Shown here piece by piece: positions 1-6,864 of a DNA stretch of 10,912 bases. The stretch covers positions 1 through 10,912 of the forward strand of contig CAXTTL010000166.1 in the NCBI GenBank assembly GCA_964247135.1, given 5' to 3'. Position numbers and translations under genes: made by a program. Every line of letters begins with the position of its first letter. Within the stretch, counting starts at the first letter, position 1. Under the pieces are notes generated by a model, which searched no databases, was not told where the DNA came from, and worked only from the letters and a program-made list of their open reading frames with translations. This DNA is from an uncultured Deinococcales bacterium (GTDB taxonomy: Bacteria > Deinococcota > Deinococci > Deinococcales > JAAFIG01).

Positions 1-6
1 TGGTCG

Positions 7-38
7 GGGGAACAGTCGATAAAGCATGACTGTTCCCC
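7..38. terminator. Stem-loop, probable terminator of a gene outside the window
   Basis: Perfect 11-bp inverted repeat GGGGAACAGTC (7-17) / GACTGTTCCCC (28-38) with a 10-nt loop. Only a weak T-tract follows. Confidence 0.5.
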
Positions 39-118
39 GCAATTTGGTATGAAACGCTAAACTGCCAGTCACAATGGTTAGAATCTCGAGTTCTGAAAAT
101 CAATCTCATCCCAAGTCG

Positions 119-124
119 TATACT
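119..124 (+). promoter_or_regulatory. -10 element TATACT of a probable leaderless lspA transcript
   Basis: TATACT, then 7 nt, then ATG at 132, with no Shine-Dalgarno. This is the geometry of Deinococcota leaderless mRNAs. Confidence 0.7.
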
Positions 125-131
125 GGTGTTT

Positions 132-653
132 ATGCAGTTTCTTCCTTTTTTAATTGTCGCGGTCTGGGTGGCGTTCGATCAGTGGCTCAAAGCTTGGGTC
201 GTGGCAAACATTCCAAACATCAATGACTTTTCGGGCGCGGTTCATACCATTCCTGGTTTTTTATCTCTGCTGCACACCACCAACAAGGGCGCGGCTTGGA
301 GTTTATTCTCGAGCGCCACACCTGTTCTGGTGGTTTTGCGACTTGTGGTCGGCGCAGCCATTTTGTACTGGGTGGTGCGTCAACCCAAACTCCCCAAAAT
401 TCAGATGGTCGCCTACAGTTTGATTGTCGGCGGTGCGTTCGGTAACGCCATCGACGGCTTGTTGCGCGGCGAAGTCGTGGACATGCTCTGGAGTCATTGG
501 CTGAGTGCGGTGTACGGTCTAATCCGTCGCGGCGAACAATTTCCAATTTTTAACATTGCCGATACGGGCGTGGTTTGCGGCGTGATTTTACTGCTGATCT
601 CGAGCTTTTTGATCCCAGAGAAACCCAAAACCTCTGCCAAACTCGAGGGTTGA
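132..653 (+). CDS. lspA: Lipoprotein signal peptidase (signal peptidase II)
   Basis: Motifs DQxxK, NxGAAWS, GGAxGNxxD, VVDM and FNIAD, plus four hydrophobic segments. ATG 132 preferred over GTG 126 because of the -10 spacing. Confidence 0.95.
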   Translation: MQFLPFLIVAVWVAFDQWLKAWVVANIPNINDFSGAVHTIPGFLSLLHTTNKGAAWSLFSSATPVLVVLRLVVGAAILYWVVRQPKLPKIQMVAYSLIVGGAFGNAIDGLLRGEVVDMLWSHWLSAVYGLIRRGEQFPIFNIADTGVVCGVILLLISSFLIPEKPKTSAKLEG

Positions 654-654
654 A

Positions 655-1371
655 TTGAACCTCGAGATCGCCATTGAACGCCTTCATGGTGCGGCTCGAG
701 TCGCCGTGTTGACGGGCGCGGGAATCAGTGCCGAGTCGGGCATTCCGACGTTCAGGGATGCGCAGACGGGCTTGTGGGCGCAGTACAATCCCGAAGATTT
801 GGCAAGTCCACAAGCTTATGCTCGAGACGCGAAATTGGTTTGGGATTGGTACGCCTGGCGTTTTGAGGTCTGTACCAATGCCAAGCCCAATGCCGCCCAT
901 GAAAAACTGGCAACACTCGAGCAACGCACACCAGAATTCTTGCTGGTCACGCAAAACGTGGACGGTTTGCACGCCAGGGCTGGTTCGGAGCGCATGGTCG
1001 AATTGCACGGCAACATCATGCAGGCGCGGTGCGAGTCCTGCAATCTCAGGTTTACCCTCGAGGTGGGTTTTGAAATCCCGCCACACTGCCCAATTTGTGG
1101 TGCTCGAGCGCGACCAAACGCGGTTTGGTTCGGTGAACAACTGCCGCGCCGTGAACTCGAGCGGGCGCAACAAGCCTTTCAAAGCTGCGAGGTTGCCCTG
1201 GTGATCGGCACGAGTGGCGTGGTCGAACCCGCCGCCAGCCTCGGACGAATTGCCAAAAACAGGGGCGCGTTCTTGATCGAAGTCAATCCACTCGAGACGC
1301 CACTCTCGAGCTTTGCCGATGCTTCCATTCGGGCTGGGGCGGTTGCTGGACTCGAGTTACTTGGCTTGTAA
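655..1371 (+). CDS. cobB: NAD-dependent protein deacylase, class III sirtuin
   Basis: GAGISAESGIPTFR, TQNVDGLH, HG, two CxxC zinc pairs and GTS. The WYxxR Tyr/Arg pair is typical of desuccinylating class III sirtuins. TTG start 1 nt after the lspA stop, with GAGGG upstream. Confidence 0.92.
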   Translation: MNLEIAIERLHGAARVAVLTGAGISAESGIPTFRDAQTGLWAQYNPEDLASPQAYARDAKLVWDWYAWRFEVCTNAKPNAAHEKLATLEQRTPEFLLVTQNVDGLHARAGSERMVELHGNIMQARCESCNLRFTLEVGFEIPPHCPICGARARPNAVWFGEQLPRRELERAQQAFQSCEVALVIGTSGVVEPAASLGRIAKNRGAFLIEVNPLETPLSSFADASIRAGAVAGLELLGL

Positions 1372-1409
1372 TACGCCGTTTGGCGCAACCTCAACCTGAT
1401 TTTCTCTTG

Positions 1410-1431
1410 TACACTGCGGCTCGAGAAGGTG
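1410..1431 (+). promoter_or_regulatory. Possible -10 (TACACT 1410-1415) and RBS (AAGGTG 1426-1431) for the nucleotidyltransferase pair
   Basis: TANNNT hexamer in the cobB-NTase gap and an SD-like sequence 5 nt before ATG 1437. No clear -35. Confidence 0.4.
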
Positions 1432-1436
1432 CTTTG

Positions 1437-2402
1437 ATGATTGACGTTCAGCCACACAAATTGGTTTACCTGTCCAAATCGGGTTCGTATCTTTTTGGCA
1501 GCAACACGCCCAAGAGTGATTTGGACGTGAAAGGCTTATTCTTGCCTTCGCGCTCGAGCTTGTACTTGCAAAACGCGCCGCAGCAGTTTTCGCAAAACAC
1601 CAACAATTCCAACGCCAAAAACTCGAGCGAGGATGTCGATGTCACGGTTTGGAGCGTACAATTCTGGTTGAAGTTGCTTTCCAAAGGCGATATCAACGCG
1701 GTCAGTTTGCTGTTCTCACACACCAATCCAACTGCAATTCTCGAGGGAACAGATGCGGGGTTTCTCGAGCGATTAAAAGCACTTGATCCGACCAAATTAC
1801 TCTCGAGAAACCTCTCGGGGATGATGGGTTTTGCCTACAATCAGGCGATCAAGTACACCGCCAAAGGTCGGCACCTTCACGCGGTTCAAACGGCGATCTC
1901 GATTCTGACCCAAGCCTCAAAAGGGGTCATCGCGGATGTTGCCGATGTGATCGTGACCCAAATTGCCGATGAAAGCATGGCTCGAGTTCAAGTCGGTTCA
2001 AAAGGCATCAGGCAACTCGTGTTGCTCGAGAAAATGTTTGATTTCACGGCGACCACCGCCTGGGCGCTCGCGCCGCTTCAGGAGGTCGAGGCACGATATG
2101 GCAGACGCGCAAAATTGGCGCTCGAGGCGGGTGTGGATTTTAAGGCGTTCAGTCACAGTTTGCGGGTGCTCGAGGAAATCCGTTTGTTGCACAGTTTTGG
2201 GCGCATTTCGTATCCGCACACTGGCGATTTTGCCGAACTGATGATGGACGCCAAAATGGGCATACTCGAGTATGAGGTTTTGGTTGAACAACTTGACCGT
2301 AAACTCGAGGAAGCGCGAGATTCAGAAAGCTCGAGTGTTCTGCCTGAAACCCTTGATCCGAGTTATGCCGAAGCGTTTTTGCTGTCGTTGTACGAGGTTT
2401 AA
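1437..2402 (+). CDS. Pol-beta superfamily nucleotidyltransferase, RlaP/PF10127-like long form (resembles phage T4 NrdC.11-type proteins)
   Basis: Signature GSYLFGSNTPKSDLDVKG (GS...SDxD), a third acidic site EDVD, the segment LLSKGDINAVSLL, and C-terminal GVDFKAFSHSLRV...YP. ATG 1437 (has an SD) preferred over TTG 1380. Confidence 0.78.
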   Translation: MIDVQPHKLVYLSKSGSYLFGSNTPKSDLDVKGLFLPSRSSLYLQNAPQQFSQNTNNSNAKNSSEDVDVTVWSVQFWLKLLSKGDINAVSLLFSHTNPTAILEGTDAGFLERLKALDPTKLLSRNLSGMMGFAYNQAIKYTAKGRHLHAVQTAISILTQASKGVIADVADVIVTQIADESMARVQVGSKGIRQLVLLEKMFDFTATTAWALAPLQEVEARYGRRAKLALEAGVDFKAFSHSLRVLEEIRLLHSFGRISYPHTGDFAELMMDAKMGILEYEVLVEQLDRKLEEARDSESSSVLPETLDPSYAEAFLLSLYEV

Positions 2403-3764
2403 ATGACCCAAATCGAACAAAAAATTCTTGAAGCCGTGACTGCCAATGGGGGAGAGCTGTACCAAGTTGGCGGCGCGGTGCGCGATTCATTTTTGGGACT
2501 CGAGAACAAAGACCAGGATTTTCTGGTGACCAACCTCGAGCTTGGCGTGCTGCAAGCCGCACTCGAGCCATTTGCGCGGGTTGATCTTGTCGGCGCAAGT
2601 TTTGGGGTTTTAAAGGTTTCTCTCGAGCATGAAACCGTGGATATTGCCCTGCCCCGCACCGAACGCAGCACGGGCGTTCATCACCGCGATTTTGAAGTTT
2701 CACACGATGCCAGCCTCAAACTCGAGGATGATCTGGCACGGCGCGATTTTACGGTCAACGCGATGGCATTGCGGGTAAGCGATGGCGTGTTGATTGACCC
2801 GTTTGGCGGTCAGGATGATCTCAAAACTCGAGTCTTGCGGTCTGTCGGTAATGGCTCGGATCGTTTTGCCGAAGACCCCTTGCGGATGCTTCGGGCGGCA
2901 CGGTTTCTTGCAAAACTTGATTTCACACCCAGTACTGAATTGATGGTGGATGCTCGAGCCAGCGCGGACTTGATCCTCAGCGTTGCGTTTGAGCGAATTC
3001 AAACCGAGTTGTTCAGTTTGCTGGCAGCAAAATCTGCAAATGGGGTGCTTCGAGCGCTCGAGTTCTTGCGCGACACGGATTTGCTCGAGCGCATCATTCC
3101 CGAGTACAAAGTTTGCATCGGCTACGATCAACAAAATCCCTATCATCACCTCACGCTCGAGAATCACATGTTTGAGGCGGTACGTTATGCAGTTTCCAGG
3201 GACGCGAGTCTGAACGCTCGGGTGGCGTTGTTGTTCCACGACATTGGAAAACCCAGAACGCAATCGTTTGGCACTGAAGGCGTGGCGCATTACTACCGCC
3301 ATGAAGACGTTGGCGCGGACATGACCCGCAATATTCTCGAGCGTCTGCGCTGCTCAAATGAAGTCTTGCATTCGGTGGTCAAGCTCGTGCGTGAGCACAT
3401 GCGACCCCCAAAAAAGTCGAGCGGCAAAACCTTGCGCCGCTGGATGAACACGCTGGGCGAAGACTGGCGCATCGCGCTCGAGGTGCGTGAAGCTGACATG
3501 AATGCCCACAAACCAGAACCGAATTTTGAGCCTCGAGCTTGGGTTGAGGGTATTCTCGAGCGCTGCGAAAGTTTTGACCTGAGCGTTGTGACTTTTGACG
3601 AGCGCCAGCTTGCGCTTTCGGGATTCGAGATCATGCAAGCTTTTGATTTAAAACCTGGTTCAGAACTCGGACGCCTGAAAAAACTGGCTGCCCAAGCCGT
3701 GATTGACGGTGAACTCGAGAATCGAGCAGAAGGGATTCTCGAGTGGCTGAGGAAAAGAGCCTGA
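2403..3764 (+). CDS. cca: Class II tRNA nucleotidyltransferase (CCA-adding type) with HD phosphohydrolase domain
   Basis: GGAVRD...DQD (motif A), intact RTE flexible loop, DLARRDFTVNAMA (B), DPFGG (C), FAEDPLRMLR (D, EDxxR) and ERI (E). HD domain residues H...FHDIGKP...H...H...D. ATG directly follows the upstream TAA, with GAGG at 2394-2397. Confidence 0.9.
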   Translation: MTQIEQKILEAVTANGGELYQVGGAVRDSFLGLENKDQDFLVTNLELGVLQAALEPFARVDLVGASFGVLKVSLEHETVDIALPRTERSTGVHHRDFEVSHDASLKLEDDLARRDFTVNAMALRVSDGVLIDPFGGQDDLKTRVLRSVGNGSDRFAEDPLRMLRAARFLAKLDFTPSTELMVDARASADLILSVAFERIQTELFSLLAAKSANGVLRALEFLRDTDLLERIIPEYKVCIGYDQQNPYHHLTLENHMFEAVRYAVSRDASLNARVALLFHDIGKPRTQSFGTEGVAHYYRHEDVGADMTRNILERLRCSNEVLHSVVKLVREHMRPPKKSSGKTLRRWMNTLGEDWRIALEVREADMNAHKPEPNFEPRAWVEGILERCESFDLSVVTFDERQLALSGFEIMQAFDLKPGSELGRLKKLAAQAVIDGELENRAEGILEWLRKRA

Positions 3765-3766
3765 GA

Positions 3767-4315
3767 TTATCGCTCGAGCATCGAATCAAAAGCACTTGGC
3801 TTTTTGCGGGTTTTCCATGCCGAAATGATAGTTTGGACATTGGCATCCAAGTTGTTCGTGGCATCAATCTCGAGGTCATAGACACCAAAGGTATGTACGA
3901 AAGCCAAATGCTCACGTGCCTCACCAATTTTGCGGTCTCTACGCTCTAGCTCACGTCGTTCAAGCTCTGGTAATGGGCAATGCACCCCAACAAAAAACAC
4001 ATCAAATGGCGCAAGAAGCTCGAGTAGTAACCGCATCCATTCTTGGGTTTCAATGACGTGCTCAACAATTAGGTTATTGCCAGCTTTTGCAAGTGCTGGC
4101 AGACTGTCGTGAAAGCCTGCAAAGAATTGTGGGCGCAAATCTGACCACAAAAATTCTTGGCTTTTGATCCGCGCTTGCGGCAAGATGTTGGCGGCAACCA
4201 GGTGGTCTGACGAATAATGCCAGAATGGTTGCTCGAGTTTGGCTTGCAGCGCTTTGGACAGTGTGGATTTGCCTGAACTTGATGCGCCATTGACGAGAAT
4301 AATTTTGCCTTCCAT
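3767..4315 (-). CDS. Chloramphenicol-phosphotransferase-like P-loop small-molecule kinase
   Basis: IILVNGASSSGKST Walker A, NLIVEHV, VGVHCPLPELERRE..R.DR..G.A and YDLEIDAT. Start moved to ATG 4315 because TACACT lies 6 nt upstream. Substrate unknown. Confidence 0.85.
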   Translation of the reverse strand: MEGKIILVNGASSSGKSTLSKALQAKLEQPFWHYSSDHLVAANILPQARIKSQEFLWSDLRPQFFAGFHDSLPALAKAGNNLIVEHVIETQEWMRLLLELLAPFDVFFVGVHCPLPELERRELERRDRKIGEAREHLAFVHTFGVYDLEIDATNNLDANVQTIISAWKTRKKPSAFDSMLER

Positions 4316-4321
4316 CACACC

Positions 4322-4327
4322 AGTGTA
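4322..4327 (-). promoter_or_regulatory. -10 element TACACT, leaderless start of the CPT-like gene
   Basis: Minus strand reads TACACT-GGTGTG-ATG, with no SD. Confidence 0.7.
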
Positions 4328-4331
4328 AATC

Positions 4332-4366
4332 AAAAAAGCTCGAGAGAAACGGTTTCTCTCGAGCTT
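4332..4366 (-). terminator. Rho-independent terminator of recA
   Basis: 15-bp perfect inverted repeat AAGCTCGAGAGAAAC (4336-4350) / GTTTCTCTCGAGCTT (4352-4366), ending in T6 on the minus strand, 15 nt after the recA stop. Confidence 0.9.
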
Positions 4367-4381
4367 CAGGAGCTTTATGGC

Positions 4382-5473
4382 TTATTCTGCTTCTTCTGGA
4401 ATCGCCACTGCCACGATCTTATCGGCTTTGCCCGCCCGAATTGCCTCGTGCACTTTCAGACGAATTTCTTCCTCGAGCGCCTTGTTGTTGGTCAGCAATT
4501 CGACCACTTTTTCTTTGCCCTGCCCGATGCGTTCGCCGCCGTAACTAAACCAACTGCCGGCTTTTTCAATGATGTCCAAGCCCACCGCCAAATTCACCAC
4601 GTCGTTCAGTTGGTCGATGCCGCGCCCGAAGAAAATCTGCACTTCGACCTCTTTGAACGGCGGCGCGACTTTGTTCTTGACCACTTTGATCTTGACCGTG
4701 TTGCCCACGGCATCGTTGCCGACTTTGATCGGTTGCCCGATGCGCCGAATGTCAAGCCGCACGCTCGAGTAAAACTTGAGGGCTTTACCGCCAGTGGTGG
4801 TCTCTGGATTGCCGTACATCACACCGATCTTCTCGCGCACTTGGTTGATGAAGATCATGGTGCAGTTGCTTCTCGAGAGGATTGCGGTCAGTTTGCGCAA
4901 GGCTTGGCTCATCAAACGCGCTTGCAAACCAGGCAGCGAATCGCCCATGTCGCCCTCAATTTCGGCTCGAGGCACGAGTGCCGCCACGGAGTCGATCACC
5001 ACAATGTCCACCGCGCCCGAACGCACCAGCAGCTCGGCAATCTCGAGCGCCTGTTCGCCGGTGTCGGGTTGGGACACCAACAGTTCTTCGATGTTGACGC
5101 CGAGCGCTTTGGCGTAGACGGGGTCGAGCGCGTGTTCGGCGTCGATAAACGCCGCCGTGCCGCCCTGTTTTTGGCATTGGGCGATGATGTGCAGGGTCAG
5201 TGTGGTTTTACCGCCCGATTCGGGTCCGTAAATTTCGATCACACGACCTTTTGGTATGCCACCCACGCCAAGCGCCAGGTCGAGTGACAGCGAACCTGTG
5301 GGGATCACGCTGACATCGAGCCTCGAGTCGGCGGAGAGTTTCATGATCGAGCCTTTGCCGAATTGTTTTTCGATTTGGCTCATTGCGCCGTCGAGGGCTT
5401 TTTTGCGTGCGGCGGTGTCTTCAACCTGTTCGACTTGCGGTTGTGAGGCGTCTTTTTTTCTGGTTGGTGTCAT
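4382..5473 (-). CDS. recA: Recombinase RecA
   Basis: [11 protein letters not shown], Walker [51 protein letters not shown] and [15 protein letters not shown] 7 nt upstream (5481-5485). Confidence 0.99.
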   Translation of the reverse strand: MTPTRKKDASQPQVEQVEDTAARKKALDGAMSQIEKQFGKGSIMKLSADSRLDVSVIPTGSLSLDLALGVGGIPKGRVIEIYGPESGGKTTLTLHIIAQCQKQGGTAAFIDAEHALDPVYAKALGVNIEELLVSQPDTGEQALEIAELLVRSGAVDIVVIDSVAALVPRAEIEGDMGDSLPGLQARLMSQALRKLTAILSRSNCTMIFINQVREKIGVMYGNPETTTGGKALKFYSSVRLDIRRIGQPIKVGNDAVGNTVKIKVVKNKVAPPFKEVEVQIFFGRGIDQLNDVVNLAVGLDIIEKAGSWFSYGGERIGQGKEKVVELLTNNKALEEEIRLKVHEAIRAGKADKIVAVAIPEEAE

Positions 5474-5545
5474 GGTGTTGCTCCTATTCCTTGAGGGCGC
5501 TGTCTGGCGGGCGTGATGGTTGCGAGGCGTCGTGTCAGTCGAGGT

Positions 5546-6322
5546 TCATGTGGTGTCTCCTAATAAATATCGATCAAAGATGGTGTAATTGGGTCCTTCT
5601 TTGGTTAGAACGCTCCTTACCAGTGCAAATTCTGTGATTTGCCATTCCAAATCGAGCACCATCGGGGCGGGTCTGGGGCTGGCGCCTTTTTTGCGGGCGA
5701 GCGTGACGTGGGATTTAAATTTTTCTTCGGGCACAACCTCGAGTTTGTCGCGCAGCGCTTCGTGAAGTGCAGCGAAAATCTCAGATTCTGCTTTGACAAA
5801 CCAAACCCTGGGTCCGCCCTCGTTGGGGAAAAATCCCGTGCCGCGCAGTTTGGCACTAAAACCCTGGTGTTGTTTGCCGATCTCGAGCGCAACTTTTTGA
5901 GCATTCTCGAGGATTTTCTTGTTCGCGCCGCCAAGATACAAAAGCGTGACGTGAAATTGATCGCTCGGGGTGGCTTTCCACCATTTGCCGACCAGTTTTT
6001 TTTGCATGTCCTCGAGTGCTGGGTGAAGTTCTTTGGGAAGAAATATGCCAAAAAAATAGCGTTCTTGCGGTACGCCCGCCCGCGCTCGAGCCTTGGAATT
6101 CTCGGGCTTGACACGGTTTTGGTTGCGTTGACCTTTTTTGGCGTTGTTCTTGTCTCGCGCGATTGAATTTGCCGATTTTGGTTTGGTTTCTCGAGGTTCG
6201 GTTGTGGTTTCTCGAGGGTCTGTTTTGGCGGGTGCTGGTTTTTTGCCCCGATTGTAGAGTTGCGGTGTGGTTGGGCGCGGTTTGGTTTTCGCGTCTCGGG
6301 TTTCTGGTTTTTTGTCGCTCAT
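5546..6322 (-). CDS. thpR: 2H phosphoesterase (RNA 2',3'-cyclic phosphodiesterase, LigT/ThpR) with basic low-complexity N-terminal extension
   Basis: Two HxT motifs (FHVTL, SHVTLAR), FP...PRVWF, and position between cinA and recA. ATG 6322 overlaps the GNAT stop (ATGA). Confidence 0.9.
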   Translation of the reverse strand: MSDKKPETRDAKTKPRPTTPQLYNRGKKPAPAKTDPRETTTEPRETKPKSANSIARDKNNAKKGQRNQNRVKPENSKARARAGVPQERYFFGIFLPKELHPALEDMQKKLVGKWWKATPSDQFHVTLLYLGGANKKILENAQKVALEIGKQHQGFSAKLRGTGFFPNEGGPRVWFVKAESEIFAALHEALRDKLEVVPEEKFKSHVTLARKKGASPRPAPMVLDLEWQITEFALVRSVLTKEGPNYTIFDRYLLGDTT

Positions 6323-6864
6323 GCGCTCACCAACTTTGCTTGCGATTTTAACCAATTGACCCGCTCAAGCTTAAAAAAAGCAGTCGGCAAACCGTGAATA
6401 TCATTTTTGTGGTGTGTGAATTCAAAGCCAAGTTTTTGAGCTAGGATTTTTAACGAAGCGCTGTTTTCTGGGTCGGCAGTCGCCAGAATGATCTCGAGTT
6501 TGACGGTTTGAAAACCATGCTCGAGCATGGCGCGTGTGGCTTCGCTGGCGTAACCTTGCCCCCAAGCGGATTTGGCAAAACCGTAAATGATTTCGGGCTG
6601 GCTGGTGTCCTCGCCAAAGACCAGTCCACAATAGCCAATCATGGTATCACTCGAGTTTTCAATCACCGCCATTGCCCCAAAATTCTGGCGTTGGTAATTC
6701 GCTTTGGAAACCTTAATCCAGTGGTCGCATTGCTCGAGACTCAACGGTTTGTTGTCGCCCACAAATTGCATCACATCTTTATCGTTGCAAATGGCATACA
6801 GCGCCGCCAGATCGTCGGTTTCAAAGCCGCGAATGGTCAGTCGTGGTGTCTCGAGTTGAATCAT
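6319..6864 (-). CDS. RimJ/RimL-type GNAT N-acetyltransferase
   Basis: LETPRLTIR N-terminus, IGYCGL, acetyl-CoA loop WGQGYASEA and N.AS...KLGF. ATGA overlaps with both neighbours. Confidence 0.9.
   Translation of the reverse strand: MIQLETPRLTIRGFETDDLAALYAICNDKDVMQFVGDNKPLSLEQCDHWIKVSKANYQRQNFGAMAVIENSSDTMIGYCGLVFGEDTSQPEIIYGFAKSAWGQGYASEATRAMLEHGFQTVKLEIILATADPENSASLKILAQKLGFEFTHHKNDIHGLPTAFFKLERVNWLKSQAKLVSA

Noticed and set aside
61-73. 13-nt direct repeat ACTGCCAGTCACA, also at 9041-9053
   Set aside because: About one 13-mer match is expected by chance in 11 kb, and the second copy lies in ygfZ coding sequence.
550-1182. 210-aa minus-strand ORF and similar long overlapping ORFs (2700-3302, 5639-6166, 9838-10350, 8105-8551)
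   Set aside because: Each overlaps a well-supported gene on the other strand or frame and shows no protein signature.
655-1371. Sirtuin as an anti-phage SIR2 NADase effector paired with the NTase (Thoeris/CBASS-like)
   Set aside because: It is a canonical zinc-binding class III CobB coupled to lspA, and the NTase looks RlaP-like rather than CD-NTase-like.
3767-4315. Chloramphenicol resistance gene
   Set aside because: CPT-like kinases are widespread with unknown substrates; the fold alone does not show resistance.
4448-5287. 279-aa plus-strand ORF
   Set aside because: Antisense shadow of recA arising from its codon bias; no recognisable motifs.
6515-6530. Perfect 16-bp palindrome CCATGCTCGAGCATGG inside the GNAT gene
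   Set aside because: With ~90 CTCGAG cores, a 5-bp extension at one site has roughly a 1-in-10 chance; it is intragenic with no other support.
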